A stretch of DNA of 63,963 bases, the filler included, from Craspedostauros australis (Eukaryota), in assembly GCA_030167865.1 (NCBI GenBank). It is 16 parts of 16 records of this genome, joined end to end, with 100 filler letters (N's around TTAATTAATTAA, not from the genome) between each part and the next. Parts side by side here need not be neighbours in the genome. Positions count along the whole stretch, not along the records: positions 36,249 to 41,424 come from JALAGF010004643.1; positions 41,525 to 51,341 come from JALAGF010004644.1; 14 more parts are not named here. The stretch is one strand, 5' to 3'. The notes under the pieces were generated by a model that made no database searches, was not told the DNA's origin, and saw only the letters and a program-made list of their open reading frames with translations. Position 1 is the first letter of the stretch. Every line of letters begins with the position of its first letter. Shown one piece after another: positions 40,065-51,441 of the stretch. The position numbers and the translations under genes were made by a program.

Positions 40065-41375
40065 ATGAGCGCCTTCCTCCATAACCTCGATCTGAACAAG
40101 ATCAAGACCATCCAGCGCAGCAACCAGCACAAGATTCCATATCTCCCATTCCCAATCAAGCTCCACCAGCTCCTCACCGACGTCGAAGAACAAGGTTTCG
40201 AGGACATCATTTCTTGGATGCCTGACAACGAGAACGCATTCCGCGTCCATGATCGAAAGCGGTTTGTGGAACTCGTCATGCCAAGGTACTTCCGCCAGAC
40301 GCACATGCGGTCCTTCACCAGACAGCTGAGGAACTACGGTTTCGTGAGGATGACGCGTGGCAGGGGCAAGAACAGCGCATACCACCATGAGCAATTCTGC
40401 CGCAACGACTTCGAGTCCGCAAAGCGCGTCGGCAACCTCAACTCTCGCCACAATGCCGCCGTCGCATCCGCTGATACATCGCCATCCTCGGCGAAGGCTG
40501 CATCGGCGGTGTCGAAGAATGTCCAGAAACTCAAGAAGATGCCCAAGTTCGCACCTATTAGACAGTCAGCGTGTCCCTTGACGACGCTCAGCGAGAAGAC
40601 GTACAGCGACATGATCGCATCAGCGGTGCTCTCCAACGCGAAGGTCGGCAACAGGAGCGTTCAAGCCGACGACGCTCTTCCATCTTCCGTTGTCCCCATC
40701 AACTCAATCGTTCAGATCTTCAGCAAGCGGGTGAGCGATGCCTCATCTTCCAGCGTATCCGTTCTTCCTCCTCCAAGCCAGCAGATCGCATCCGATCCAG
40801 AGAACGACGATGCCAGCCAAGCTTGTTCCATGCAAGACTGCACGTCAATGAAAGCGCCGCTGGATGTTGATGGCCTGTCAACGTTAGATGCAACCCACAT
40901 CGCGCGCAAACAGTCCGCGGTGGCATGTGGCCCTGTGAGACCATCTTGTTACAACAGCGCCACCACGCAAAGAGACGACTTTGAAGGCCAGGGTTACTTC
41001 CCAATCCCATGCGCCACCACGGGCAGCAGCATCGACACATTGTTGAGCCGCCATGAGAGTTTGGCGTTGCCTAATATCTTCCCGTTGGCTGGTACCGAAC
41101 AGGATATCGAGGCCGGAAAAGAAGAGCGTCGACCAAGCTTGGTGTCACTAGAAGGGTGGGATGAAGTTATTGATACTGTGAAGGAGCCCGCCTGGGATGG
41201 TGATACCAACGGTAATTCCAATGGCGATGGTGACGATGACATGGATATCCAGAAAGGACCATTCTTGCTGGATGATGCCTTGCCGGTGCCAGTAAGCACT
41301 TGCTCGTACAGCGACACTCAGGCTGTGCCGATGCACCAGCTTAGCTCGGTACCTTCCTGCATCGTGGAGTTGTAG
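40065..41375 (+). CDS. HSF: Heat shock transcription factor (HSF DNA-binding domain) protein
   Basis: PFPIKLHQLL...IISWMPD...FRVHDRKRFVELVMPRYFRQTHMRSFTRQLRNYGF...YHHEQF. ATG at 40065 follows an AC-rich leader. Low-complexity, acidic C-terminus. Confidence 0.92.
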   Translation: MSAFLHNLDLNKIKTIQRSNQHKIPYLPFPIKLHQLLTDVEEQGFEDIISWMPDNENAFRVHDRKRFVELVMPRYFRQTHMRSFTRQLRNYGFVRMTRGRGKNSAYHHEQFCRNDFESAKRVGNLNSRHNAAVASADTSPSSAKAASAVSKNVQKLKKMPKFAPIRQSACPLTTLSEKTYSDMIASAVLSNAKVGNRSVQADDALPSSVVPINSIVQIFSKRVSDASSSSVSVLPPPSQQIASDPENDDASQACSMQDCTSMKAPLDVDGLSTLDATHIARKQSAVACGPVRPSCYNSATTQRDDFEGQGYFPIPCATTGSSIDTLLSRHESLALPNIFPLAGTEQDIEAGKEERRPSLVSLEGWDEVIDTVKEPAWDGDTNGNSNGDGDDDMDIQKGPFLLDDALPVPVSTCSYSDTQAVPMHQLSSVPSCIVEL

Positions 41376-42551
41376 AATGCTCTTGGACCAATATGTATTT
41401 TGTTATACATTATTAATAGTACTCNNNNNNNNNNNNNNNNNNNNNNNNNNNNNNNNNNNNNNNNNNNNTTAATTAATTAANNNNNNNNNNNNNNNNNNNN
41501 NNNNNNNNNNNNNNNNNNNNNNNNATCAACAGGCGAAGCGATATCGTGCCGCCTCCACTGTTTCTGCCTCACAGACCACCAACATATCATACCATGCGCA
41601 TTCTATCCTGAGGCATGAGCGCCATCGTCTTGGCTCGCGACTTGCAGAGCATCGATGCTCAACCGAGGTGATTGACAGGAACATCCGCCTCATCAACGAA
41701 GTTGCGAGTACCACAAAGGAGGACATGTGGGTATACGGTGCTCATGGGCCATGGATCGCTGACCATGTGCTTCTTCTACCATACGGAAACTCTGTGTCAA
41801 CCATGATCCGCAATACTGCGCTCGCACTCTGCATGGGGTTGCTGGTTGGTTCGTTGGTTGATTCGTTGGTTTCTTCTGTTGCTCGTCAAGCTCTCTGGAT
41901 GGTTGGACTGGGCTGGCTCGTCGGTTCCTGTCTTTCCGCCACACTGGCACTGATCGCTTCGAAGATTGGAATGGATGGTGGCCCTGGCATTTGTTGCTCC
42001 AACAGTGAATGATCGCTCCTCCTGGGACTTGGTGAGGGTCTCGACTGCAGCTTTGGGCGAAATGGCGGAAGTGCAACTCCAGGAAAGATGAGAACGATAG
42101 CGTGATACGGGACGGTCGATAGAACCGCGCAGCAACCATGCTCCTCGTGGCTTCTCATCATTTCCCTCTGCCTTGTTCGCCATGTGCTCTTCGTAGATTG
42201 CCTCTTCCAGAATCTTGGATCGGCTGGCACCGGCACTGTCGCTTTGGATCTGCTTGGCAGTGTGACTTGGAGTAGAATGCTCTGTGTGCGAATCCGGCGG
42301 CACGGTGACGACCGCACGGCTTGTGAAAATGGTGCTGCCATGTGTCCATTGTCTGTGCAACGAACCAACAACGATGCTCATGGCGGGGCATGGATGGAAC
42401 CACGGACGTCCAACCTGCTCGTGAATGACATCGGCAACATCCCTGTGTGTGTATGTACTGTAGAGATAGTTTCGGAATTCCGACAAACCAAACCAAAAGA
42501 AAATAAAAACTAATTAATACCCTAACGCACAGCAAACAACAGCAAAGCAAA

Positions 42552-45161
42552 ATGAGTTCGAATCAGGGAACCAACACGAGCCAACGCGAAGAGCAGAGCC
42601 ATGACAAAGGCCCAACTTTGCAGCAACCCACCAAGGAACCCGACAAACCCACGCCCACCATGAACATCGACACAAGCAACCAACATCGAGCCAGACGACA
42701 AGCGAAAAGAGCCATCCCATACGATGGAGGAATGGAGGAAGACCCGGACGACGTATCAATCACCTTCAAACCGAGATCAAGCACGTTCAAAACCGCAGCC
42801 AACAAGACCGGCATCGACATCACGCCATACAACAAGGCAACAGGAGAAGGCTCCATTGACAGAGCAGCAAAGACAGCATGGAGAGCTCGAGCTATATGGT
42901 ACAACAGAGATGAGGCCACCGCAGACAGGGAGAATCCCACCATCAAACAGTGGGAACACTTTTTCCGCGATCTTGCCGATGGCAGAGTAACCTCCTTTGG
43001 ACCAATCACACTCCCAAACAAAGACCCCACCGGGCTCAAGCTTCTACAGTTCGTCATCAACGTTGCGTCAACCAACCCACAAGAAGTGTTCAAAGCACAC
43101 CTAAACAGCAATGGGACGGTGAAAAGCGCCAGAGCAGTCAAGGTGTGGAAGGCAGCCAATAGAGTATTGGGGTCCAACTACGATCTCGGAATAGCGCCCG
43201 ACAACACAACACCCACGAATGAAGACGCCATGGAGGGCCTCACGCTACAACCGGACTGGCCAACGCAGAATGACACGGCAGACCAACCAACGGGAAGCAG
43301 AGTAGCAGCGATGCCAGCAAATGCAACAACAGAATCACTCAGCACCGACAGCGACTCCTACACCAGCAGACAGCCCAACAAACGCACCAGGTTTAAGTCA
43401 CCACGACACACAACCAACGCCTCCGAAATCAGCCAAAACAGCTACGGGAGCTCTCAATCAGTGGGATCAGGAAGAAGCAGCGACTCATCAACCGACTCTG
43501 GCATTACCAGAAACAGCTCCGCCAAGCGCGCCCACACACGAAGCAAGCGAAGCGCAGACGACAACTCAGTGAGTTCGGATGAAGAATCGAACACGTCCCA
43601 AACGAAGATTGCCCCGCCCAGACACGAGCATACGACCAGGTTCACGATCAAACTCAATGTGGATAGAACCGAAGAGGATACCACAGCAGCAGTGAGGGAA
43701 AGAATCAAAAGGTGGTTCCGACAAGTAAGACGCATCGACTCATCGGCGACAATCCTTCCATGGAGAGAAAGCAGCAACACCGGGCCACACATCGCACACT
43801 CCGGCCAGATACCAGAACGCATGGAAGACCTCCGAACATTCTTCCCAGGCCTCAGAGCCCCATCAGGCGCTACTGGCATCACGTATGCAAAAGTACGCAT
43901 CACAACCAGGGACGACCCGTTCGATATCACCGCAGACAGGAACTCCGAACTCAACGCGTACTACTACAACGAGCATGAGGGACTGTACCTGGCACAATTG
44001 CAAGAGGCAGAGGAGGTCAAAGAAATAGGCTTCCTGCTCTACTCCGGAGGGTTCACGGACGTCAACGGCACAGTCGAAGTCATCAATCGAAGTCTACGAC
44101 GAAACCGCAGCAACATTCGGGTGGGAGGGAAAATCAAGAACATCATCCAGGTCAGCGAAGAGACCAAGGAGAAGTACAAGAACGGGAAACGACATTGGAC
44201 GGTGCAGCCGTGGAAAGCAATCAAACTGGAAGTGGAGAGGTCGCAGGCCTATGAAGCCGTTGCAGAAGTAGCAACCCTATTCAACACCAAAGAGGAGCGA
44301 CCGGGAGCAATGAACTTCAGATTCCTCCCAGACAAAAAGTACGAGCAGATGTCCAGAAAGAAGGAAGCATTCCGAGAAGACCTCCTCGCGAAACACCAGG
44401 CAATCCTCTCAGTGATCGAGTACTCTGACTCTGACGGGGTAGCACACCTGGACAAGAAAGTCAAAGCACGAGATGGCCACTCCATCACTCTGCGCAAGCT
44501 CATCCTCCGCGAAACCAACAAGGAAGGCGAACGCATATTCCACAGTGTAGACAGAGCCCGAGGCACCGACGATCAAATAGTCGCTCACTCCTTCCCGGAA
44601 TACCTCTCGGATGCGAAGTACTTCATGAGTCTCCTCCCGGCGGTTGCCAGGCACAAGGTCGGCGACAGGGCAGAGAAGTGGTTCAGCCCGGAAGTCTGGC
44701 TGGCAAGCCTGGGCATAGAGTTCGACCCGATCACCAACGACTACACATCCCCAGACATACACGGTCTAGGTGACATCGCCGACGAATCCTTCCCAGCAAG
44801 TGTGGTCATAACAAACATCCCTGACATGATGCCCGTCCACCATCGCCCGGCAGCACTCGACAACCGAAGCCTGTTCAATCCCAATTCGACAGTCGGCACC
44901 AACCGGTCCATGGACTCAGCTTACACCGTAGCCCCAAGGCTGGCCTCAACGGAAGACACCGATCACACTGCGGAGCAACCAACTCAAACCAACCAAGAAA
45001 CACACAACCGGGAAGGCATCCTGCGCACTGGATCAGCAACCAGGTATAACCAACCGCAAACCAGGGAGGCCCAACTCCTAGCACAGGTTCAAGCACTCCG
45101 AAGTCAGCTAAGCAAACCCGACGGCGACCCTCCGCAGCCTAATGGAGACCCGCAACCATGA
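42552..45161 (+). CDS. ORF1 protein of the non-LTR retrotransposon (869 aa)
   Basis: Intact ORF 85 nt inside the left TSD. Its TGA overlaps the ORF2 ATG (ATGA at 45158-45161). Ser-rich linker followed by a globular region (IGFLLYSG). Confidence 0.85.
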   Translation: MSSNQGTNTSQREEQSHDKGPTLQQPTKEPDKPTPTMNIDTSNQHRARRQAKRAIPYDGGMEEDPDDVSITFKPRSSTFKTAANKTGIDITPYNKATGEGSIDRAAKTAWRARAIWYNRDEATADRENPTIKQWEHFFRDLADGRVTSFGPITLPNKDPTGLKLLQFVINVASTNPQEVFKAHLNSNGTVKSARAVKVWKAANRVLGSNYDLGIAPDNTTPTNEDAMEGLTLQPDWPTQNDTADQPTGSRVAAMPANATTESLSTDSDSYTSRQPNKRTRFKSPRHTTNASEISQNSYGSSQSVGSGRSSDSSTDSGITRNSSAKRAHTRSKRSADDNSVSSDEESNTSQTKIAPPRHEHTTRFTIKLNVDRTEEDTTAAVRERIKRWFRQVRRIDSSATILPWRESSNTGPHIAHSGQIPERMEDLRTFFPGLRAPSGATGITYAKVRITTRDDPFDITADRNSELNAYYYNEHEGLYLAQLQEAEEVKEIGFLLYSGGFTDVNGTVEVINRSLRRNRSNIRVGGKIKNIIQVSEETKEKYKNGKRHWTVQPWKAIKLEVERSQAYEAVAEVATLFNTKEERPGAMNFRFLPDKKYEQMSRKKEAFREDLLAKHQAILSVIEYSDSDGVAHLDKKVKARDGHSITLRKLILRETNKEGERIFHSVDRARGTDDQIVAHSFPEYLSDAKYFMSLLPAVARHKVGDRAEKWFSPEVWLASLGIEFDPITNDYTSPDIHGLGDIADESFPASVVITNIPDMMPVHHRPAALDNRSLFNPNSTVGTNRSMDSAYTVAPRLASTEDTDHTAEQPTQTNQETHNREGILRTGSATRYNQPQTREAQLLAQVQALRSQLSKPDGDPPQPNGDPQP

Positions 45162-48100
45162 TAGTCAGCCACAGACGGGCACAGTCCAGCCCGAACCACA
45201 ACGGACCCGCCAACACCAGGAACTCGAGATCGGATGAATCGAATCCACAACAACTACACATCGGCCAACACACCAGCAACAAACCGACCAATCACATCAG
45301 AATAGCAGCCCTGAACATAGGCAGCTTACCACCCGACGCCACAGGACCCAAAAACGATGATCTATGGCAATCCATACGACAGCATCAAATCGACATCCTC
45401 CTCATCACGGAGATGGGACTCAACTGGAACCAAGTGCCAGCAGATGCATCGCTCGTCCACAGAGCGGAAAACATCTACGCATGGCTAAAGCCAGCACGTC
45501 CCACAACAAGACAGCCACCACCAACCCGCGACAATGGGGGGGGCACCGCCATTCTCGTCCACGGCAACACAGCAGGCCGAGTGCTATCGCGCGACAACGA
45601 CCCCGAACAGTGTGGCAGGTGGGCAAGTATGCTGCTCCAAGGCAAACAAGGCATCAAAGTGCGAGTAGCGACAGTCTACGTCCCCACCAAGTCCACACAA
45701 ACACCAGGCACCGTGTACAATCAACAAGCAGTCAAGGCTGCCCAACGAGGGTCCAACCTCGACCCAATCGACCTCCTCATCCAAGATCTGCAAGCACAGA
45801 TCGCCCAATGGAAACAAGCGGGCGAAACCATCATTGTCGGAGGCGACATGAATATGGATATACGAAGGTCGAAGATCACGACGATGCTCAGCTCGGAAGG
45901 ACTTCGAGAACACCACTCCACCAATATCTCACAACCATATGCAACCATGATCCGGAACCAACGGAGGACGCCGATAGACGGAATATGGGCCACAGGAGAC
46001 ATCCAGCCATCGCAGCTCGGACTGACGGCGTACGACAACTGGGACCACCGAACCGTATGGATGGACATTGACTCCGCCAGCCTCCTCGGTCCCAACAAAC
46101 AACCCACCACGCCTTTCCGGGGGCGCAGACTCCATCTCGGCCAGCCCGCGACAGTACGCAGATACACGGAATCATATGCAGCACAAGCAGAACAACTTCA
46201 GCTTCTGCAGCGAGCGACAACACTCCGAGCTGACATCGGCACAGGCCCAATCACCAAGAATCAGACCCAGCTGCTGGAAGCAATCGACAAGGACCGCACG
46301 CAAGCGATCCTCCACGCAGAACTCAAATGCCGGAGAGTCCGAGCGGGAGCAGTCCCCTTTTCACCAGCCTTGGCCAAACTCCACTGGGAGCACCAATTCT
46401 GGAGTCTCAGTATCAAGCGCCGCAAAGGCCACAACACCAAGGGACGAACAGTGGACAAGGCCAAGAAAAAAGCAGGCCTGCAAGTCCGCACCATCCACAT
46501 GACGACGGCCCATATGCACAAGCGCAAAAATGATGCATGGAGGTCGTATCAACGAGAGAAACAAAACGCAGCGAACCATCGACGGACGTTCCTCGCTGAC
46601 GACGAAGCAGAGGTCAACAACAAAGGCCAAGACCCAACCAAGTACCGCGCACAGCTTCTGCAGAGGGAAGAAACCCGAGCCGCATACCGACGCATCAAAC
46701 GATCTCTACAAGCTAGCGGGGACGACGCTCAGATATCCATCGTCATCGACGACGGACCCGGAGGACAAGGCAACCTACTCACCTCCGGAGAAGACGTTGC
46801 CAGAGCCTGCTGCAAGAACAATGTGGACAAATACAGTCAAGCATGGCGAGCTGAAGTGTGCCAACGGCCTCTGAAACGCAGCCTCGGAAGATTCGGGACC
46901 AACCCGGCGGCTACCGCCATCCTACATGGTGTCATCCCATCGCAAATCAAAGCCAGCACGCACGAAGTACTTCGAGCACTACAGCAGCCCACGGCAACCA
47001 CCCCATGGCCCCGCGAGCACCTCGTCATCGACCACGAGGATCATTCACGCGGATGGGTACGCATCAAGGAGAACACGTCATCCGGACCGTCCGGGATACA
47101 CTTTGGCTGCTGGAAAGCAAATGCCAAAGTGCCAGAGCTGGCTCTCATCGACGCCATCCTGCGGGAGATACCCTACAACACCGGGTACAGCCTCCGAAGA
47201 TGGCAGCAGTGTATCGACATACAGCTGCGGAAGAAGCCGGGGAACCTGGCTGTCACCAAGACAAGGACGATTGGCCTCATGGAAGGCGACTTCAACATGA
47301 ACAATCGCCTCCTTGGCAAGCAAGCCAGGTCCCACGCAGAAGCCCAACATACCATCGCCGCCGAACAATACGGCAGCCGGAAAGCCCACACCGCCCAAGA
47401 GGTCTTACTGAACACCACCCTCATCGACGACATCGGGAGGACAACAGGACTCCATTACGCTGTGTGCTCCAACGATGCCAAAGGATGCTACGACAGGATC
47501 GCCCATTCCGTCTTCAGCCTGGCCCTGCGGCGACAAGGAGTCCCGGCAGCACCAATCGAGAGCACCCTGCGCACTCTCCAATCGATGACGCACAGGATCC
47601 GCACATCCGCTGGCACATCTGCCGCATCATACTCCGGAACACAACGCCATCACTACCTGCAGGGTCTGGTTCAAGGGCTGGGATCCGCACCGACAGGTTG
47701 GTTAATGATAAGCTCTGCTATCATCGACAGCATGCGCAGCCACGGGTATGGGCTCAGTCTTCCAAACCCCATCACCAACGAAAGCCACGTCATCACCGGC
47801 ACGGCTTACGTCGACGATACAAACGTGATGCAAAGCCTTCCCGCACAAACCCCCAACGCGCAAGCTCGGCTCTTTCAGGACGTGGTGGACCGTTGGGACA
47901 ATCTGCTGACAGCTACGGGCGGGGCATTGGAACCAACCAAAAGCTTCTGGCAACTGATCCGATTCAAATGGCAGAAGACAAGATGGGTCTACAACCTATC
48001 AGCCCCCAACATCGGGGTCTTCATGAACTCTCCCGACGGCCAACGCATTCGCCTCACCATATCCAGTCCAAGAACCGCCGGCAAATACCTGGGCATGGTA

Positions 48101-50764
48101 TCATGCAGGGACGGCAAACAAACCGACCACGCCGACTACCTACTTCAGAAGTCCAAAGGGTGGGCAGAACGGATCCGGACATCCCGCATCAGCCGGCAGG
48201 ACACGGAGGTGGCCCTCAAGTCAGTGCTCTGGCCATCGTTGTCATACTCCACACCAGCCACCACGATGTCACAGCGCCAATGGCACACAGTGATGAGCGC
48301 GGCGCTATCGGCTGCCCTTCCAACCATGGGCATCGCCCGGACCATCGCCAGGGAATATGCATTTGGACACTCCGATGACATGGGCATGGGCATCCCTCAC
48401 CTACACACGATGCAAACCATCGAACACCTGGCGATGGTCATGCGCCACTTTGAGCAAGATACGGAAACCGGGCGCCTGCTGCGCACCTCGCTCCGACACC
48501 TCGAGCTGTGGACAGGCCTGCCAGGCCAGCTGCAACAACAAGAACACATCTGGAAGAGCTGGACAGCCACATCGTGGTGGCAGAACACATTTCAGTCAGC
48601 AACGCAGCTCGGCATCTCCATGACCGACCAGTCTCACAGTGTCAACGCTCCACGTCAAGGCGATGTGACGATCATGCATCTCGCGATACAAGCCGGCATC
48701 CACAAGGCCACCCTTGGACTCGCCAACGTCGCCAGGCTGTATCTCCGAGCAATTTGGCTGTCTGACATCGTCACAGCATGCGGGAAACAGATCCGGTCAT
48801 GCGTCCTCCAGCGAGCTCGGCTACCCGCCGGGTCCATCACATGGCCCAAGGTTGGAACAGTCACTAAAAAGGCGTGGGAAGCATGGGAGCAGGTACTGGC
48901 AACCTTCGCGGCCACCGACCGACCAGGGTGGCACATCAAGGTCCAGCTGGGAGCCTGGCACCGAGCGCCGGCCCAACGCGCGGCTCAATTACCAAACGGG
49001 ACAGTGCTACTGCCAGGCCAGCATGGAGTCTCCACACGTCCAGGAGGGCCGCCCACATCCGTCGTCGATCGCACCGTCCGAAGGGCTGGGCTGACGACCA
49101 CGTCCTCCGGTCCCATCCTTGCCAAACCTCCGCCTACCACAATCCGAGACTGGCTGCAACTCAAAGGGCCAGCGGCCAGAGCAATGCTACCAGTGGTCCA
49201 CATCAATGGAGACATCCACCAAATAGTCCAGTCGATCGTGGAAGGCAGATGTGCGGCGTGCAGTGACGCATCCGCCAAGCACAACCACGGCTCCGCGGCC
49301 ACCATCATACAGAGCGACGTGGGAGACGACACTCATCAGCTCATCGCCACCGCCGAAGTCCCCGAAGGGTCCCACCCGACCGACTCCAACAGGGCGGAGC
49401 TGGCAGGAGTGCTCATGTCCATATGGGTCGTGACCGCAATCGCAGAGTGGGCAGGAGTGACCGGAACGGCCACAGTCGCTTGCGACAACAACCGGGCCTT
49501 GCAATCAGTCGATCCAGCCCGATGGCCCGATCCCAAACGACCGGACCACGACCTGTGGACCGAGATTGTCCGGCGCCTCCGCAACTCTGCCGTTCACTTC
49601 AGGCCACAAGAAGTGCAAGGCCACGCCGACTCATCTGGCCGGCAGCTCACGGAGTGGGAGGCCATGAACGTGTCCGCCGACGCCCACGCAGGCTATCAGT
49701 GGGAGCAATCGCAACAGAGCGGGTGGAGCGCGACCATACCGCCCATTCCAACCGGAGGATGGGTACTGCACGCGGGCGCTACTTCCATCACAGATCTTGA
49801 CTACTGGACCGTCCACAAAGCGCTCGACGACGCAGGTATTCGGCGCAAATGGTGCCAACGCTGGGGGACAGCCAACCCCGAGGACGTGGATTGAACACCA
49901 ATGCGCGCCTGCTCCCGTCGATGGCGAGGAGGCAAGCGACGCACGCTGCTCAAACTGATGACGGGCACAAGCGCCAGCGGTAAGAATATGCAGCGACGGC
50001 AACAAGACACCTCGGACGCATGCCCCCGCTGCGGCCAGCCAGAAGACAACTCCCACATTATTATGTGTCAAAGCGCCTCCAGCCAGGCGATCTGGGCCAA
50101 AACAATCTCCAAGATACGGTCTATCGTGCGACCACCCACCACGCCTCCAGCCGTCGTGCAACTACTATGCACAGCCCTAGTACGGATATCCACCGGAGGC
50201 ATCCCGCCGTCTGGAATCAGAGACTCGCCCACCAAACGCATCCAACTCCAGCAAGCCGCGGTGGGATGGCCAGCCATCATGTGGGGCGGATGGGCAAGCC
50301 CTTGGCGAGACCAGGCACCTCCCATGCCCCAGCACAAACGCCGACGGGCCCCCAAGCAACTCTGAGACTGGCAGACCAGCGTCACCAACATCCTCTGGCA
50401 CGCGGCACTCGAACACTGGCGTGACCGGAACGAGACTAAGGCCGCTCAGACAGCTGAGAACATGATCACCCTCCTACAGCAGCAAGCGAACCTGATCCAG
50501 GCCATGCCGGCCGTGGACGTCCCGTTGGTCCTACATCCTCTCTGGCGGCAGCCTCCCCCCCCCCACCACCAGGCGATCGCCACATCAGAATGGGTACAAG
50601 CCATGCGGCAAGGTCTGGGCGGCGCATGCCCGCACGCCTCCAAAGTGCTCGTGAACTGGATGCGACGACTCCGGCGGCCCGCACACAACCCACCCAACCC
50701 CCACGACGGCCAACCACCGAATGACCGCAACCACAACTCCATGCAATCGGCCCCTGTCCTATAA
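45158..50764 (+). pseudogene. ORF2: AP endonuclease + reverse transcriptase + RNase H + CCHC knuckle; two in-frame TGA (49892, 50363)
   Basis: APE: ALNIG, ILLITEMG, VGGDMN, PIDGIW, WDHR. RT: QYGSRK, SNDAKGCYDRI, QGLGSAP, AYVDDT, KYLG. RNase H: CSDAS, RAELAG, ACDN, VQGHAD, NVSAD. After the first stop the same frame continues into CPRCGQPEDNSHIIMC and later HWRDRN, ending at 50764. Confidence 0.88.
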
Positions 50765-50993
50765 CCTCAACAACACTTTCCTCCGTTCCCGCAACGTGCC
50801 CACACGTTGAATAAACGAGGCGGAATAAAAGCGCCACCGGCGCATGACTTAACAGTTATAATCCATGTGTTATATATATATGTATGTACTGTAGAGAGCA
50901 CACCAGAGTAGTCGTAGACAAGGAGGAGGTAGCGTGGGAGCAGTATCCAGCCCTTCAATCTCTTCAAACATCTGGTGCCTTTATCACAGCGTT

Positions 50994-51341
50994 CTATTGG
51001 ACACGCAGATATAGTACTGTGCCCTCATCCTCATCTACAACCTTGTACAGGTCCATCATGAACATACAACTGTACTCATCATCGATACCATCACTCTTGG
51101 CTCCCCCACTGCAAAACATCTGGATCTCCGTCATCAGTTGGGGTTGTAGAATCAGCTTGCTTAAATCTAGATGAGTGAACATATCTTTCTCATTTTCAGC
51201 TGCCACTCTCATTGCTGCATCCTTCAACACCACACAGTTGTGTTGATCAGCGAATAGCAACGCATCTATCGTGGTGTCCTCTGTGAGATGCTTGTGGGCC
51301 AACTCTGCTTCAAGAACAAGCTTGAGTAGCCAGAAGCCGAA
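50994..51341 (-). CDS. C-terminal part of a BTB/POZ (SPOP/BACK-like) protein, 5'-truncated, possibly degenerate
   Basis: FGFWLLKLVLEAELAHKHLTEDTTIDALLFADQHNCVVLKDAAM resembles the BTB-BACK junction of MATH-BTB proteins. Confidence 0.6.
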   Translation of the reverse strand, partial: FGFWLLKLVLEAELAHKHLTEDTTIDALLFADQHNCVVLKDAAMRVAAENEKDMFTHLDLSKLILQPQLMTEIQMFCSGGAKSDGIDDEYSCMFMMDLYKVVDEDEGTVLYLRVQ

Positions 51342-51441
51342 NNNNNNNNNNNNNNNNNNNNNNNNNNNNNNNNNNNNNNNNNNNNTTAATTAATTAANNN
51401 NNNNNNNNNNNNNNNNNNNNNNNNNNNNNNNNNNNNNNNNN

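Larger units (their letters stand above)
42467..50880 (+). mobile_element. Full-length non-LTR retrotransposon (Ambal-like: ORF1 + APE-RT-RNase H-Zn knuckle), 8414 bp, with 17-bp TSD
   Basis: Flanked by identical TGTATGTACTGTAGAGA at 42450-42466 and 50881-50897. Two ORFs overlap at ATGA. The 3' UTR has AATAAA twice and a (TA)5 tail. Confidence 0.92.

Noticed and set aside
41525..42449. Gene disrupted by the LINE insertion
   Set aside because: Removing the element gives an open minus-strand frame (MFEEIEG...LYSTYTHRDV...), but it has no recognisable features, so it cannot be supported as a gene.
46858..48378. 506-aa alternative-frame ORF inside the LINE RT
   Set aside because: Arg/His/Pro-rich composition typical of an off-frame shadow of C/A-rich coding sequence; no motifs.
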